The position numbers were made by a program, and so were the translations under genes. Shown here in pieces: positions 24,943 through 35,413 of a stretch of DNA of 37,379 bases; within the stretch, counting starts at the first letter, position 1; every line of letters starts with the position of its first letter. Source of the stretch: an uncultured Chitinophagaceae bacterium (GTDB lineage Bacteria > Bacteroidota > Bacteroidia > Chitinophagales > Chitinophagaceae). The stretch lies in assembly GCA_964558275.1 (NCBI GenBank), contig CAZLDH010000005.1, positions 1 through 37,379 on the forward strand. Direction: 5' to 3'. The notes beneath the pieces are model-generated. The model had not been told where the DNA came from. It saw only the letters and a list, made by a program, of their open reading frames with translations, and did no database searches.

Positions 24943-26061
24943 ATGGATAAAAAGGTAGATACTGATGAGCTAAAATATCAAATAGCACTCACGCTCATTC
25001 CCAATATCGGAGATGTATTGGCGAAGCAGTTAATTAAGTATTTTGGATCTGCGAAAAATATTTTCCATGCGCCCTTCAAAACATTGGACGCTATCCATGG
25101 CTTTGGTGTAGTTAGGGCTAAAGCAGTTAAAAATTTCAAAGACTTTGATAAAGCAGAAAAAGAAATCGCTTTTATCAAAAAAAATAATATTACTCCACTT
25201 TTTTTTACCGATAAGAATTACCCTAAACGATTAAAATATTGCAATGACAGCCCTATCCTGCTATACTATAAAGGAAATGCAAATCTTAATGAGACAAAAA
25301 TCCTGAGTATTGTAGGAACACGACATGCTACAGATTATGGAAAGACACTCTGCAATAAAATCATTTCAGAATTAAAGGATTTATCCATACTTATTGTGAG
25401 TGGTTTGGCTTATGGAATAGACGTCACAGCTCATCGAACTGCTTTGAAAAACAATATTCCGACGATTGGTGTTGTAGCGCATGGTTTGGATCAACTTTAT
25501 CCTGCACAGCATATATCCACCGCTAAAGAAATGCTACAAAATGGTGGTTTGCTTACTGATTTCAGACACGGCACTAAACCTGACAAACAAAACTTCCCCA
25601 GCAGAAACAGAATCGTTGCAGGAATAGCAGATGCTACGCTTGTGATAGAATCGGCTAAAAGAGGAGGTTCTCTCATCACTGCCGAAATAGCAAACAGCTA
25701 CAACCGAGATGTATTCGCCCTCCCGGGACGATCTAATGATAAATATTCCGAAGGTTGTAACATGCTCATTCGCAATAATAAAGCAGCTTTAATCACCAAT
25801 GCGCAGGATATTATGTATTTAATGAACTGGAGAGAACCCCAAACGACAACCCCTCGAACAACACAAAAGCAATTATTCTTAGAGTTAAATGAAAAAGAAA
25901 AATCCATTATCGATATTCTTACAGGTCAAAAGGGAGTACACATTGATGATATTAGATTACAAAGCAACTATAACAGTTCAGAAATAGCTGCTGCTATTTT
26001 GAATTTAGAACTGCAAGGTGTAATTCAATCCATGCCCGGGAAAAGGTATAGCATCATTTAA
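24943..26061 (+). CDS. dprA: DNA-processing protein DprA (Smf family)
   Basis: The sequence contains IVGTRHATDYG, IVSGLAYGIDVTAHRTAL, NFPSRNRIVAG and SAKRGGSLITA. A C-terminal winged-helix-like tail is present. I placed the start at MDKKVDTDELKYQIAL (ATG 24943), whereas the track start is an upstream TTG. Confidence 0.9.
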   Translation: MDKKVDTDELKYQIALTLIPNIGDVLAKQLIKYFGSAKNIFHAPFKTLDAIHGFGVVRAKAVKNFKDFDKAEKEIAFIKKNNITPLFFTDKNYPKRLKYCNDSPILLYYKGNANLNETKILSIVGTRHATDYGKTLCNKIISELKDLSILIVSGLAYGIDVTAHRTALKNNIPTIGVVAHGLDQLYPAQHISTAKEMLQNGGLLTDFRHGTKPDKQNFPSRNRIVAGIADATLVIESAKRGGSLITAEIANSYNRDVFALPGRSNDKYSEGCNMLIRNNKAALITNAQDIMYLMNWREPQTTTPRTTQKQLFLELNEKEKSIIDILTGQKGVHIDDIRLQSNYNSSEIAAAILNLELQGVIQSMPGKRYSII

Positions 26062-26112
26062 GCCACAAAGTTTAACGTCATTTTTTAAGGAGAAGAAATT
26101 CAGTTCCATTAA

Positions 26113-27630
<1,518 letters not shown>

Positions 27631-27683
27631 ATAAAAGAGATAATTCCTTTTTGTATCAACCTTAAAGAACCAATACTTTTTAT

Positions 27684-27691
27684 TAGCTTTG
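27684..27691 (+). promoter_or_regulatory. -7 promoter box TAGCTTTG upstream of the small ORF at 27710
   Basis: This is a perfect TAnnTTTG ending 18 nt before ATG 27710. The ORF-track start (27689) is the TTG inside this box. Confidence 0.5.
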
Positions 27692-27709
27692 TTTTACAAG
27701 TTAATAAAA

Positions 27710-27988
27710 ATGTCTGCAAAAAGGATTAAAGAGAAATTACAAAAACTGGAGAATTTACTGGAAGAAGCCGGATACCTCATACGTTTTGAGAAAGGGAATT
27801 TCAGCAGTGGCTATTGTGTATTAGAACACAAGAAAGTAATTGTTATTAATAGGTTTTTAGATACAGAAGGGCGTATTGGCGCAATTTCCGACCTGCTGCC
27901 TAACTTAAAAATAGACAACAACCGATTAAGTCCGGAATCCAAACGTTATTTACAACAGTTTTTAGAAGCAGAAAAGAAGTTTTATTAA
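27710..27988 (+). CDS. hypothetical small cytoplasmic protein (92 aa)
   Basis: The ORF begins MSAKRIKEKLQKLENLLEEAGYLIRFEKGNF... It has its own -7 box, no hydrophobic segment and no family I recognise. Confidence 0.6.
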   Translation: MSAKRIKEKLQKLENLLEEAGYLIRFEKGNFSSGYCVLEHKKVIVINRFLDTEGRIGAISDLLPNLKIDNNRLSPESKRYLQQFLEAEKKFY

Positions 27989-28039
27989 CCTAAATAATTA
28001 TTTTATAATTTATCTATATAAATACTCAACTACTCTATT

Positions 28040-28807
28040 TTGAAAATCACTTTTTTAGGAACAGGAACTTCTCAAGGCGTCCCAATGATTGGATGTAATT
28101 GTGAGGTATGCACTTCCTCAGATGCCAAAGACAACCGATTAAGAAGTAGTATCCTTATTCAACATGAAGGAATAAATATCGTTGTTGACACCACTCCCGA
28201 TTTCAGATATCAAATGCTTCGTACAAAGGTAAAACATTTAGATGCCATTCTCATTACACACCATCACAAAGATCATCTAGCAGGAATGGATGACGTGCGT
28301 GCATTTAACTTTTTCCAAAAAGAAGCAATAGATATTTATGCCATGGAAGAGACCCAGGAAGTTATTCGAAAAGAGTTTTCTTATGCCTTTGCTCCCGAAA
28401 AATATCCGGGTGTTCCTCAAATCAATCTAAAGACTATCAAAAAAAAACCTATCCGCATAAAAGGACTGAAAATAACCCCTATTCATGTTTTACATCATAA
28501 ATTACCGGTTGTCGGATTTAGAATTGGAGATTTCACCTATATTACGGATGCAAATTATATTGCTCCTGAAGAAAAGAAAAAGATGAAGAATTCCCGGGTG
28601 CTTGTATTAAATGCACTAAGGGAAAAGCCAAAGCACATCTCCCATTTTACACTATCTGAAGCCGTAGAATTATCTAATGAAGTGAATGCAGAGACTACTT
28701 ATTTTACACATATTAGTCACCAAATGGGAACCTATCAAAAAATACAACAAAAACTACCCAAAGGAAAATTCCTGTCATACGACCAATTACAAATTGAAAC
28801 AATTTAA
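28040..28807 (+). CDS. MBL-fold metallo-hydrolase (PhnP-like subgroup)
   Basis: The family-typical N-terminus is MKITFLGTGTSQGVP (TTG start). A Cys-rich segment CNCEVCTS follows. The metal-binding motif is THHHKDH (HxHxDH). Confidence 0.85.
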   Translation: MKITFLGTGTSQGVPMIGCNCEVCTSSDAKDNRLRSSILIQHEGINIVVDTTPDFRYQMLRTKVKHLDAILITHHHKDHLAGMDDVRAFNFFQKEAIDIYAMEETQEVIRKEFSYAFAPEKYPGVPQINLKTIKKKPIRIKGLKITPIHVLHHKLPVVGFRIGDFTYITDANYIAPEEKKKMKNSRVLVLNALREKPKHISHFTLSEAVELSNEVNAETTYFTHISHQMGTYQKIQQKLPKGKFLSYDQLQIETI

Positions 28808-28818
28808 TTCCCCTCACT

Positions 28819-29145
28819 ATGACCATTCAAGAAGCCCAAGTGAAAGTAGATCAGTGGATTAAAGAATATGGTGTCAAATATTTTAGCGAGCTGACAAACA
28901 TGGCTATCTTAACCGAAGAAGTTGGCGAGGTAGCTCGCATCATTTCCAGAGAATACGGAGAACAATCCTTCAAGGAAAGCGATAAAGACAAGGAATTATC
29001 AGATGAAATGGCGGATGTATTATGGGTTCTTTTATGTCTGGCTAACCAAACAGGAATAGATCTAACAAAAGCACTAGAAAAAAATTTTAATAAGAAAACA
29101 AATCGGGATGCAACCCGGCATAAAGAAAATAAAAAATTGAAATAA
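28819..29145 (+). CDS. MazG-like nucleotide pyrophosphohydrolase (small single-domain type)
   Basis: The 108-aa product has EEVGEVAR and ELSDEMADVLWVLLCLAN, the two EExxE/D-type helices of the all-alpha NTP-PPase fold. Confidence 0.85.
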   Translation: MTIQEAQVKVDQWIKEYGVKYFSELTNMAILTEEVGEVARIISREYGEQSFKESDKDKELSDEMADVLWVLLCLANQTGIDLTKALEKNFNKKTNRDATRHKENKKLK

Positions 29146-29267
29146 AACATTCCATTTTATAGCTTCATAAATAATACCGAAAGCAACCGCTTCAATACAT
29201 ATAATTTTTTAACGCAGTTATAACACCTTTTAACGGAATACTAACAGAAGATAAAAGTTAGCTTTTA

Positions 29268-29275
29268 TAGCTTTG
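29268..29275 (+). promoter_or_regulatory. candidate -7 promoter box TAGCTTTG for the 29414-32504 operon
   Basis: This is a perfect TAnnTTTG, but it lies 138 nt upstream of the ATG, which implies a long leader. An imperfect alternative, TAAAATTG, lies at 29399-29406, 7 nt before the ATG. Confidence 0.35.
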
Positions 29276-29413
29276 TTTTTACAAAACGAGCAGGCCAGTT
29301 TCGACCTACTATTGTCGTTTACAGTACAATAAAATCAGTACTATAATTAAGATTATAAATTACGCGTAGCGTATCTCATTATATATTTTTATTAATCTTA
29401 AAATTGAAACTAC

Positions 29414-30565
29414 ATGCAAAAAAGCTCAACTTTTAGTAAACAACTTTTCTTACTATTTTCTTTGGGAATCCTCTTTTTTCTTCCCTCACAGACCACTGCC
29501 AAAGCGGTAGCATTATACACGCCCTACACCAATATCACGGTCTCGCCCGGACAAAAAATAGATTACTCCATTAAGCTCATTAACAATACCAGTTCCATTC
29601 GAGATGTACGAATATCGCTGTATGGCTTACCTGACGGCTGGGATTATACCCTTAAATCGGGGAGTTGGGAAATAGATCGTTTAGCAGTTCGCCCCAATGA
29701 ATCTAAAACAATATCCTTAGAAGTAACAGTTCCATTAAAGGTAGAAAAAGGAGCATACCGTTTTCATATAAGAGCAAGCGGTTATGACGACCTTGGTCTT
29801 ACTGTAAATGTTTCTAAATCCGGATCTTATGAAAGTGCATTCACCATAAAACAAGCTAATTTAGAAGGCGCTGCCAATACAGACTTTACTTTCAATGCCA
29901 CTTTAAAAAATGCGACTGCCGATACTGCATTTTATGCTTTTAGAGCACACTCCCCTCGTGGATGGCAAGTAAATTTTAAAGCCAATTATAAAAGAGTTTC
30001 TTCTGTAAAAATCAATCCCAATGCCTCTCAAAACATGACTATTGAGGTTCACCCCCCTTCTCAGGCACCCAAAGGCACATATAAAATACCCATTTTTGCC
30101 AGTTCGACGAATACTTCTGCCGAATCCGAGATTTCAGTTTCCATCACCGGATCTTATGACATTTCATTATCCACTCCTTCAGGAAGATTAAGTACCGACA
30201 TTACTGCCGGAGATTCTAAAGAGCTTACACTTGCCATCAAAAATACCGGCTCTTCTCCATTAAAATCAGTAACATTAGATGCCACTACTCCTGCCGACTG
30301 GAAAGTCAGCTTTGATCCTAAAAAGATAGCTACAATAGCTCCTGGCAAAACGGCTAAAGTAACCGCAAAAATAGCTGCCAGCGATCAGGCCATTGCCGGA
30401 GATTATGTGACTGCCATTAAAGCAAAAACAGACAACGCCTCCTCTCAGGCTAAATTCAGAATATCCGTAAAAACTTCGCCTATTTGGGGTTGGATGGGTA
30501 TTCTTATCATTGTGATTGCCTTGGGTTGTGTTTATTTCTTATTTAAAAAATACGGCAGGAGGTAA
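29414..30565 (+). CDS. secreted, C-terminally membrane-anchored protein with three tandem Ig-like (NEW3/CARDB-type, COG1470-like) domains
   Basis: The signal peptide ends ...TTAKA. Three modules of about 105 aa follow. Each has a [PA]xGWxx / PADWKV strand and a late GxYxh[PH/T]I motif (GAYRFHIRA, GTYKIPIFA, GDYVTAIKA). A terminal TM helix (IWGWMGILIIVIALGCVYFLF) and the basic tail KKYGRR close the protein. Confidence 0.8.
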   Translation: MQKSSTFSKQLFLLFSLGILFFLPSQTTAKAVALYTPYTNITVSPGQKIDYSIKLINNTSSIRDVRISLYGLPDGWDYTLKSGSWEIDRLAVRPNESKTISLEVTVPLKVEKGAYRFHIRASGYDDLGLTVNVSKSGSYESAFTIKQANLEGAANTDFTFNATLKNATADTAFYAFRAHSPRGWQVNFKANYKRVSSVKINPNASQNMTIEVHPPSQAPKGTYKIPIFASSTNTSAESEISVSITGSYDISLSTPSGRLSTDITAGDSKELTLAIKNTGSSPLKSVTLDATTPADWKVSFDPKKIATIAPGKTAKVTAKIAASDQAIAGDYVTAIKAKTDNASSQAKFRISVKTSPIWGWMGILIIVIALGCVYFLFKKYGRR

Positions 30566-30567
30566 GA

Positions 30568-31542
30568 ATGAAGGAAAACAATGTAAATAAAAAAGTGATT
30601 CAACTAAAAAGCCTCACTAAAAAATATGATACACTCACTGCAGTTGACCATCTTGATTTGACTATAGAAAAAGGAGAAATTTTTGGTCTTCTGGGGCCCA
30701 ACGGGGCCGGAAAATCAACCACAATTTTGATGATGCTCGGATTGTCTGAGCCTACTTCGGGAGAAGCTTACGTTTGTGATATTAATGTAAAAAGAGAACC
30801 CGCCAAAGTAAAAGAAAAAGTAGGTTATCTTCCAGACAATGTGGGGTTTTATGATAATATGACAGCCTTGGAAAATCTTTTATTTATTGCACAACTCAAT
30901 AAATGTCCTTTGGCAGCAGCTAAAGAAGATGCACTTCATCTATTGGAACGTGTGGGTCTAAAGGAAGACATTCATAAAAAAGTAGGAAAATTTTCCAGGG
31001 GAATGATTCAACGTCTGGGATTGGCTGATGTACTTATTAAACATCCGGAAGTCATCATTCTTGATGAACCTACATTGGGAATTGACCCCAAAGGAGTGAC
31101 GGAATTTTTAGATTTGATTGTACAACTAAGTAAGGAAGAAAGAATAACCGTTTTGATATCTTCGCATCATCTTCATCAAGTCCAAAAAATCTGTGACAGA
31201 GTTGGTATTTTTGTCAAAGGAAAACTGATTGCAGAAGGGGATTTAAACACTTTATCTCAAAAATTAATTTCAGGAAACCCTTATCTTATTAAAGCAAAAA
31301 TCAACCCAAAGCAACAAGATAAAATCGCTCAACTCAGCGAACATCTATTGGCTCGTGAAGATATCCGATCCATTCATCAGGACAAAGAATTACTTGCCTT
31401 CAATTGTCTAAAAGATTTATCATCCACCATTTCCAAAGAAATTATTCATCATGATATTGATTTGATAGCATTAGCTAAAAAAGAATATGGTTTGGATGAA
31501 ATTTATCAAAGTTATTTTGAAAACGAAGAAAAGCTATCATGA
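30568..31542 (+). CDS. ABC transporter ATP-binding protein (with an extra C-terminal domain of about 90 aa)
   Basis: Walker A is GPNGAGKST. The Q-loop and a signature-like FSRGMIQRL are present. Walker B is IILDEPTLGID and the H-loop is SSHH. The ATG lies 2 nt after the upstream stop and is preceded by GGAGG. Confidence 0.93.
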   Translation: MKENNVNKKVIQLKSLTKKYDTLTAVDHLDLTIEKGEIFGLLGPNGAGKSTTILMMLGLSEPTSGEAYVCDINVKREPAKVKEKVGYLPDNVGFYDNMTALENLLFIAQLNKCPLAAAKEDALHLLERVGLKEDIHKKVGKFSRGMIQRLGLADVLIKHPEVIILDEPTLGIDPKGVTEFLDLIVQLSKEERITVLISSHHLHQVQKICDRVGIFVKGKLIAEGDLNTLSQKLISGNPYLIKAKINPKQQDKIAQLSEHLLAREDIRSIHQDKELLAFNCLKDLSSTISKEIIHHDIDLIALAKKEYGLDEIYQSYFENEEKLS

Positions 31543-32504
31543 GGAAAAAGATACAATCACCTTTCTGGATAATGGTATATAAAGAGATTTCGGACCAGGT
31601 ACGGAGTTGGAAATTTATTATACTGGGAATTATTATGATTTTGACCTGTATGGGAGCACTCTATACTTCTCTCACCAATCTGGCAGTACATGGTGTTGAC
31701 CCCAGTGATCCCAACAGCTCATTTTTATTTCTGAAATTATTCACCCTTTCGGAAGGAACTTTACCCCCCTTCCATGTGTTTATTACCTTTTTGGGACCTT
31801 TATTAGGAATAAGTTTGGGATTTGACGCCGTCAACTCAGAATTAAATAATCGTACATTAAGCAGAATCATAGCACAACCCATTCATAGAGACTACATTAT
31901 TAACGCAAAATTCACTGCCTCTTTAATTGTCATTGGCTCGCTGTTATTAGCCTTAACATTGTTAGTTATAGGATTTGGATTAATTATTATTGGCATTCCT
32001 CCCTCTCCGGGAGAGTTCATGAGAATCATTGCATTTTGGTTAATAAGTGTGCTTTATATTGCATTCTGGCTCAATTTATCAATTTTATTTTCAATAAAAT
32101 TCCGACAGGCAGCCACCTCTGCACTCACTTCCATCGCCGTTTGGCTATTTTTTACTGTTTTTTATCCAATGATTATAAAAGTAATAGCTACAGCATTAGT
32201 ACCGGCGCCCCGAATGGCTGCTCCCGGAAAGTATATTCACAAGAAAGAATTAGCAGTACAATTATTCCAGATTACACCTTCACAGCTCTATAGTGATGCA
32301 ACTTCTACCCTATTGCTGCCTTCCGTTAGAAGCCTTGGCCCCTTATCCATGGCACAAACTTACGGTGCTATTCCTAGTCCGCTGCCTTTAGGACAAAGCC
32401 TACTCATTGTATGGCCTCAGCTGACAGGACTCATAGCAGTAACAATTGTCTGTTTTGCTATTTCCTATGTATTATTTATGAAAAAAGAAATTAGAACAAG
32501 ATAA
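31539..32504 (+). CDS. ABC-2-type transporter permease (NosY/COG1277-like)
   Basis: The 321-aa product has about 6 TM helices, with a long extracytoplasmic loop after TM1. Its start overlaps the ATPase stop (ATGA), which indicates translational coupling. Confidence 0.85.
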   Translation: MRKKIQSPFWIMVYKEISDQVRSWKFIILGIIMILTCMGALYTSLTNLAVHGVDPSDPNSSFLFLKLFTLSEGTLPPFHVFITFLGPLLGISLGFDAVNSELNNRTLSRIIAQPIHRDYIINAKFTASLIVIGSLLLALTLLVIGFGLIIIGIPPSPGEFMRIIAFWLISVLYIAFWLNLSILFSIKFRQAATSALTSIAVWLFFTVFYPMIIKVIATALVPAPRMAAPGKYIHKKELAVQLFQITPSQLYSDATSTLLLPSVRSLGPLSMAQTYGAIPSPLPLGQSLLIVWPQLTGLIAVTIVCFAISYVLFMKKEIRTR

Positions 32505-32506
32505 GA

Positions 32507-32541
32507 TATCGGTCAGAAGGTTTTGAACCTTCTGACCGATA
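32507..32541. terminator. strong hairpin between convergent genes (bidirectional terminator candidate)
   Basis: TATCGGTCAGAAGG-TTTTGAA-CCTTCTGACCGATA forms a perfect 14-bp stem with a 7-nt loop. It starts 2 nt after the permease stop and ends 6 nt before the stop of the TonB-dependent receptor gene. There is no long U-tract. Confidence 0.7.
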
Positions 32542-32547
32542 ATGTCT

Positions 32548-34956
32548 TTAAAACTTTAAAGGAACAATTACTTTAAAACTAAAATTTCTGCCCATGTTAA
32601 AGATTCCTACTCTTCCCGTTTTATGATTAACAGGCAAATATTTCAATCTGCTAAGATGATTCTGATAAGCTACATTTGTTAGATTTTCTACGGTAAAATA
32701 TAATTTAAATAATACATTCCCCTTCTTATTAAGCATATTGGTTCCTGCTTCTATATCAAAAAGCGTATATGCCGGAGTTGTAGTTTCTGTATGGTAGGTC
32801 TGCATAAAATAATTTTGTCTAAAAGTATTTTCCAACCTAAGATTCACAAACAGATTACGGAATATCTTCCCTTTAGGTAAAAGACGAAATCCTAGTTCTG
32901 AAGTCCACGAAGCCGCCGGAATCTGAGGTAAATTCCTTAAAGAATCAGCTCCATTTACGCGTATTCCTCTTACATAAGAGAACGTATTTTTAAAATGCAG
33001 CCAGTCCAAAGGATGTGGATGAATATCTATGGAAGCTTCCATTCCATATAAACGGGCATTGGTTTGTTCATATTGGAATGTCTTGAAACGTTGCTCTTCG
33101 ACCATTGTAATTGAATCTGTCCCGGAAACAGTCAACAATTTCCTGGAATAAATAAAATGGTTAATATTATTAATATATCCATAAATACTTGCAGACACAT
33201 GTTGAGATTCAAAAGCCAGACCTGCATCCAATTCAAGACTTTCTTCCGGTTTTAAATTTATATTCCCATTTTCATAACGAACCGTTCCCTCATGCACGCC
33301 ATTGGCAGATAATTCGGGAATAGATGGTGCACGAAAGCCTCTGGACAGGTTGGCTTTAAGAACCCAATGACGATTGAATTGATAGGACAAGCCCAAACTT
33401 CCTGAAAGGGCATAATATTTCTTATCAAAAGCAGAAAAATGTTCTTTACCATTCTCGCTTAAAGCCTCTGCCTTTATATTCCGCCAATCTACTCTCAATC
33501 CACCCGAAACTGTTAGCTTATCAAAAGTCTTCCTGGCAATACCATAAGCACCTACTTCAAATAATTTATAATCAGGAATTAAATACTCTGTTCCCCGATT
33601 GTTATTTTGTTGCCACATTCCACTCACTCCGGCTGTTATATTCCAACCGGCTATTTCTTTTAAAGCAGCATGTAGATTATAATTAAGAGTAGTCAAATTC
33701 AAATCCAACCCCGGTGTCTCAGGAGAAAGCACATCTACATATTCTCTCCTTCTATTTTGCTGCACGCCGAAAGTAGCACTCAGATAACTACTCCCCAGAT
33801 AGATTTTGTTATCCCAAGTCACTTTTTGATGCTGAACACGTTGCCGTCCAATAAAAGGATTATAACTTTTAAAATCATCTTCCGAAGCTATCTTTTCTAC
33901 TACATTATCATCGAGATTCACTTCTTTCAAAAACTCACCGGTTGCGCTATCCCTTTCGCCCTCCGGCAATCCCAGCTTTAAATCATAAGATGAAAAAGAA
34001 AGATGACTATATCCCCAAGAACGATTTAACCCAACACCCGCTTCAAAATCAGTTTCTTTAAATTTAGAATTAAAAACATATCCATCATATTTATTCTTAT
34101 AATCATGCGCTGCCTTTTGAGTTGCATTTGCATGCCAGGTGAGACCATTTTGATTTCCTCTTATCGCCGCATGAACAGCATATAACCCATTATTACTTTG
34201 ATAATTTCCTATAATTTCCCCTTCCACATGACCCTCCGGAGCAGAACGATGAGGTAAAACCTGCACCACTCCGCCAAGTGCATCTGATCCATACATTAAA
34301 GAAGAAGCTCCTCTGATGACATTAATGGAACCCGCACTGTAACCATCTATCTCAATCCCATGTTCTGCCCCCCATTGCTGACCTTCCTGCCGGATGCCGT
34401 TATTCACAACAACTACCCTATTGGCGGACAATCCCCTAATCACAGGCTTCATTACATTGGGACCTGTCGTAATCGCACTTACTCCCGGAACGTCGGTAAT
34501 TTTTCCAATTATATTATCTGACGTTTTCTGTAACAACTCTTTATGGTTAATAACAGATATATGCATCGGTTGTCTTTCTACTTTAGTTGCCCTACTCACT
34601 CCGGTAACAATCACTTCCTGACCTTCAATGATGGCCGGAGATAAAGACCAATCTTTTACGGTCTTAGTATTTATATTGACTACTTTAGAAATAGTGGAGT
34701 AACCGGCATATCTGATTTCAATTAAAAATGCACCAGCCGGTAAACCATTTATTTCATAATATCCTTGTCCGTCAGAGATTGCTCCTTTTTTCAAATCGGG
34801 GAAATAAATCGTTGCTCCCACTAAAGGCTTTCCGGTTTCTTTGCTTGTAATATGCCCGGTTAAACGGTATGTATATTTATCTTCTGTTTTAATATTTTCT
34901 GCATTTCCTGCAAAGTGGCACATTACTGCCACAATAAGAAAAATAAGTTTTTTCAT
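32548..34956 (-). CDS. TonB-dependent outer-membrane receptor (non-SusC type)
   Basis: The signal peptide is followed by a carboxypeptidase-regulatory-like domain (LTGHITSKETGKPLVGATIYFPDLKKGAISDGQGYYEI). The plug contains IRGLSANRVVVVNNGIRQEGQQWGAEHG and IRGASSLMYGSDALGGVV. A beta-barrel ends in the terminal F. I placed the start at ATG 34956 (MKKLIFLIV), whereas the track start is TTG 34962. Confidence 0.92.
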   Translation of the reverse strand: MKKLIFLIVAVMCHFAGNAENIKTEDKYTYRLTGHITSKETGKPLVGATIYFPDLKKGAISDGQGYYEINGLPAGAFLIEIRYAGYSTISKVVNINTKTVKDWSLSPAIIEGQEVIVTGVSRATKVERQPMHISVINHKELLQKTSDNIIGKITDVPGVSAITTGPNVMKPVIRGLSANRVVVVNNGIRQEGQQWGAEHGIEIDGYSAGSINVIRGASSLMYGSDALGGVVQVLPHRSAPEGHVEGEIIGNYQSNNGLYAVHAAIRGNQNGLTWHANATQKAAHDYKNKYDGYVFNSKFKETDFEAGVGLNRSWGYSHLSFSSYDLKLGLPEGERDSATGEFLKEVNLDDNVVEKIASEDDFKSYNPFIGRQRVQHQKVTWDNKIYLGSSYLSATFGVQQNRRREYVDVLSPETPGLDLNLTTLNYNLHAALKEIAGWNITAGVSGMWQQNNNRGTEYLIPDYKLFEVGAYGIARKTFDKLTVSGGLRVDWRNIKAEALSENGKEHFSAFDKKYYALSGSLGLSYQFNRHWVLKANLSRGFRAPSIPELSANGVHEGTVRYENGNINLKPEESLELDAGLAFESQHVSASIYGYINNINHFIYSRKLLTVSGTDSITMVEEQRFKTFQYEQTNARLYGMEASIDIHPHPLDWLHFKNTFSYVRGIRVNGADSLRNLPQIPAASWTSELGFRLLPKGKIFRNLFVNLRLENTFRQNYFMQTYHTETTTPAYTLFDIEAGTNMLNKKGNVLFKLYFTVENLTNVAYQNHLSRLKYLPVNHKTGRVGIFNMGRNFSFKVIVPLKF

Positions 34957-35032
34957 TATCAATTATTTATTAATGTATTCTAAATAGGATAACACATCTT
35001 CATAGCTCCTAAAAACAGGGAACTACACCTTC

Positions 35033-35054
35033 AAACTTTCAAAATTGAAAGTTT
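35033..35054. promoter_or_regulatory. 22-bp palindrome AAACTTTCAA-AA-TTGAAAGTTT between the His-rich ORF and the TonB-dependent receptor gene
   Basis: Perfect 10-bp arms with a 2-bp centre, read directly. It lies 77-98 nt upstream of the receptor ATG and 26 nt downstream of the small ORF stop. It could be an operator or an RNA hairpin. Confidence 0.4.
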
Positions 35055-35079
35055 TTCTTTCATCTATGTCATAAAAAGA

Positions 35080-35409
35080 TTAGGACAAAGGCGGGCCACG
35101 AAGAGAAAAATGGACAAATTCCTTAACAGGTTGAAAAGAGATGAAACACTCCACATACCGGGTCTTCATACTAGGCATATCTACTAATGTAATCCTATGT
35201 ACAACAGAAAAAGGAGCAATAACCACATTCAAAAATTGGCAATGAATATGATGAGAACTAACTTCTGTATCAGTATGGAAATGATCAATGGTATCATGAT
35301 GTTTTTCGAGCACATCATGCACAAAAATATGTGGCGTAATGGCAAACAGAAACAACAACAACAGAACTGTTGCTAAAATCTTTTGTGTAAAAGATTGTTT
35401 TTTTACCAT
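35080..35409 (-). CDS. small His-rich membrane-anchored hypothetical protein (109 aa)
   Basis: I placed the start at MVKKQSFTQKILATVLLLLFLFAI, which contains one N-terminal TM helix. It is followed by PHIFVHDVLEKHHDTIDHFHTDTEVSSHHIHCQFL, with 11 His in about 35 residues. The protein ends ...LRGPPLS. It is on the same strand as, and directly upstream of, the TonB-dependent receptor. Confidence 0.6.
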   Translation of the reverse strand: MVKKQSFTQKILATVLLLLFLFAITPHIFVHDVLEKHHDTIDHFHTDTEVSSHHIHCQFLNVVIAPFSVVHRITLVDMPSMKTRYVECFISFQPVKEFVHFSLRGPPLS

Positions 35410-35413
35410 GAGA

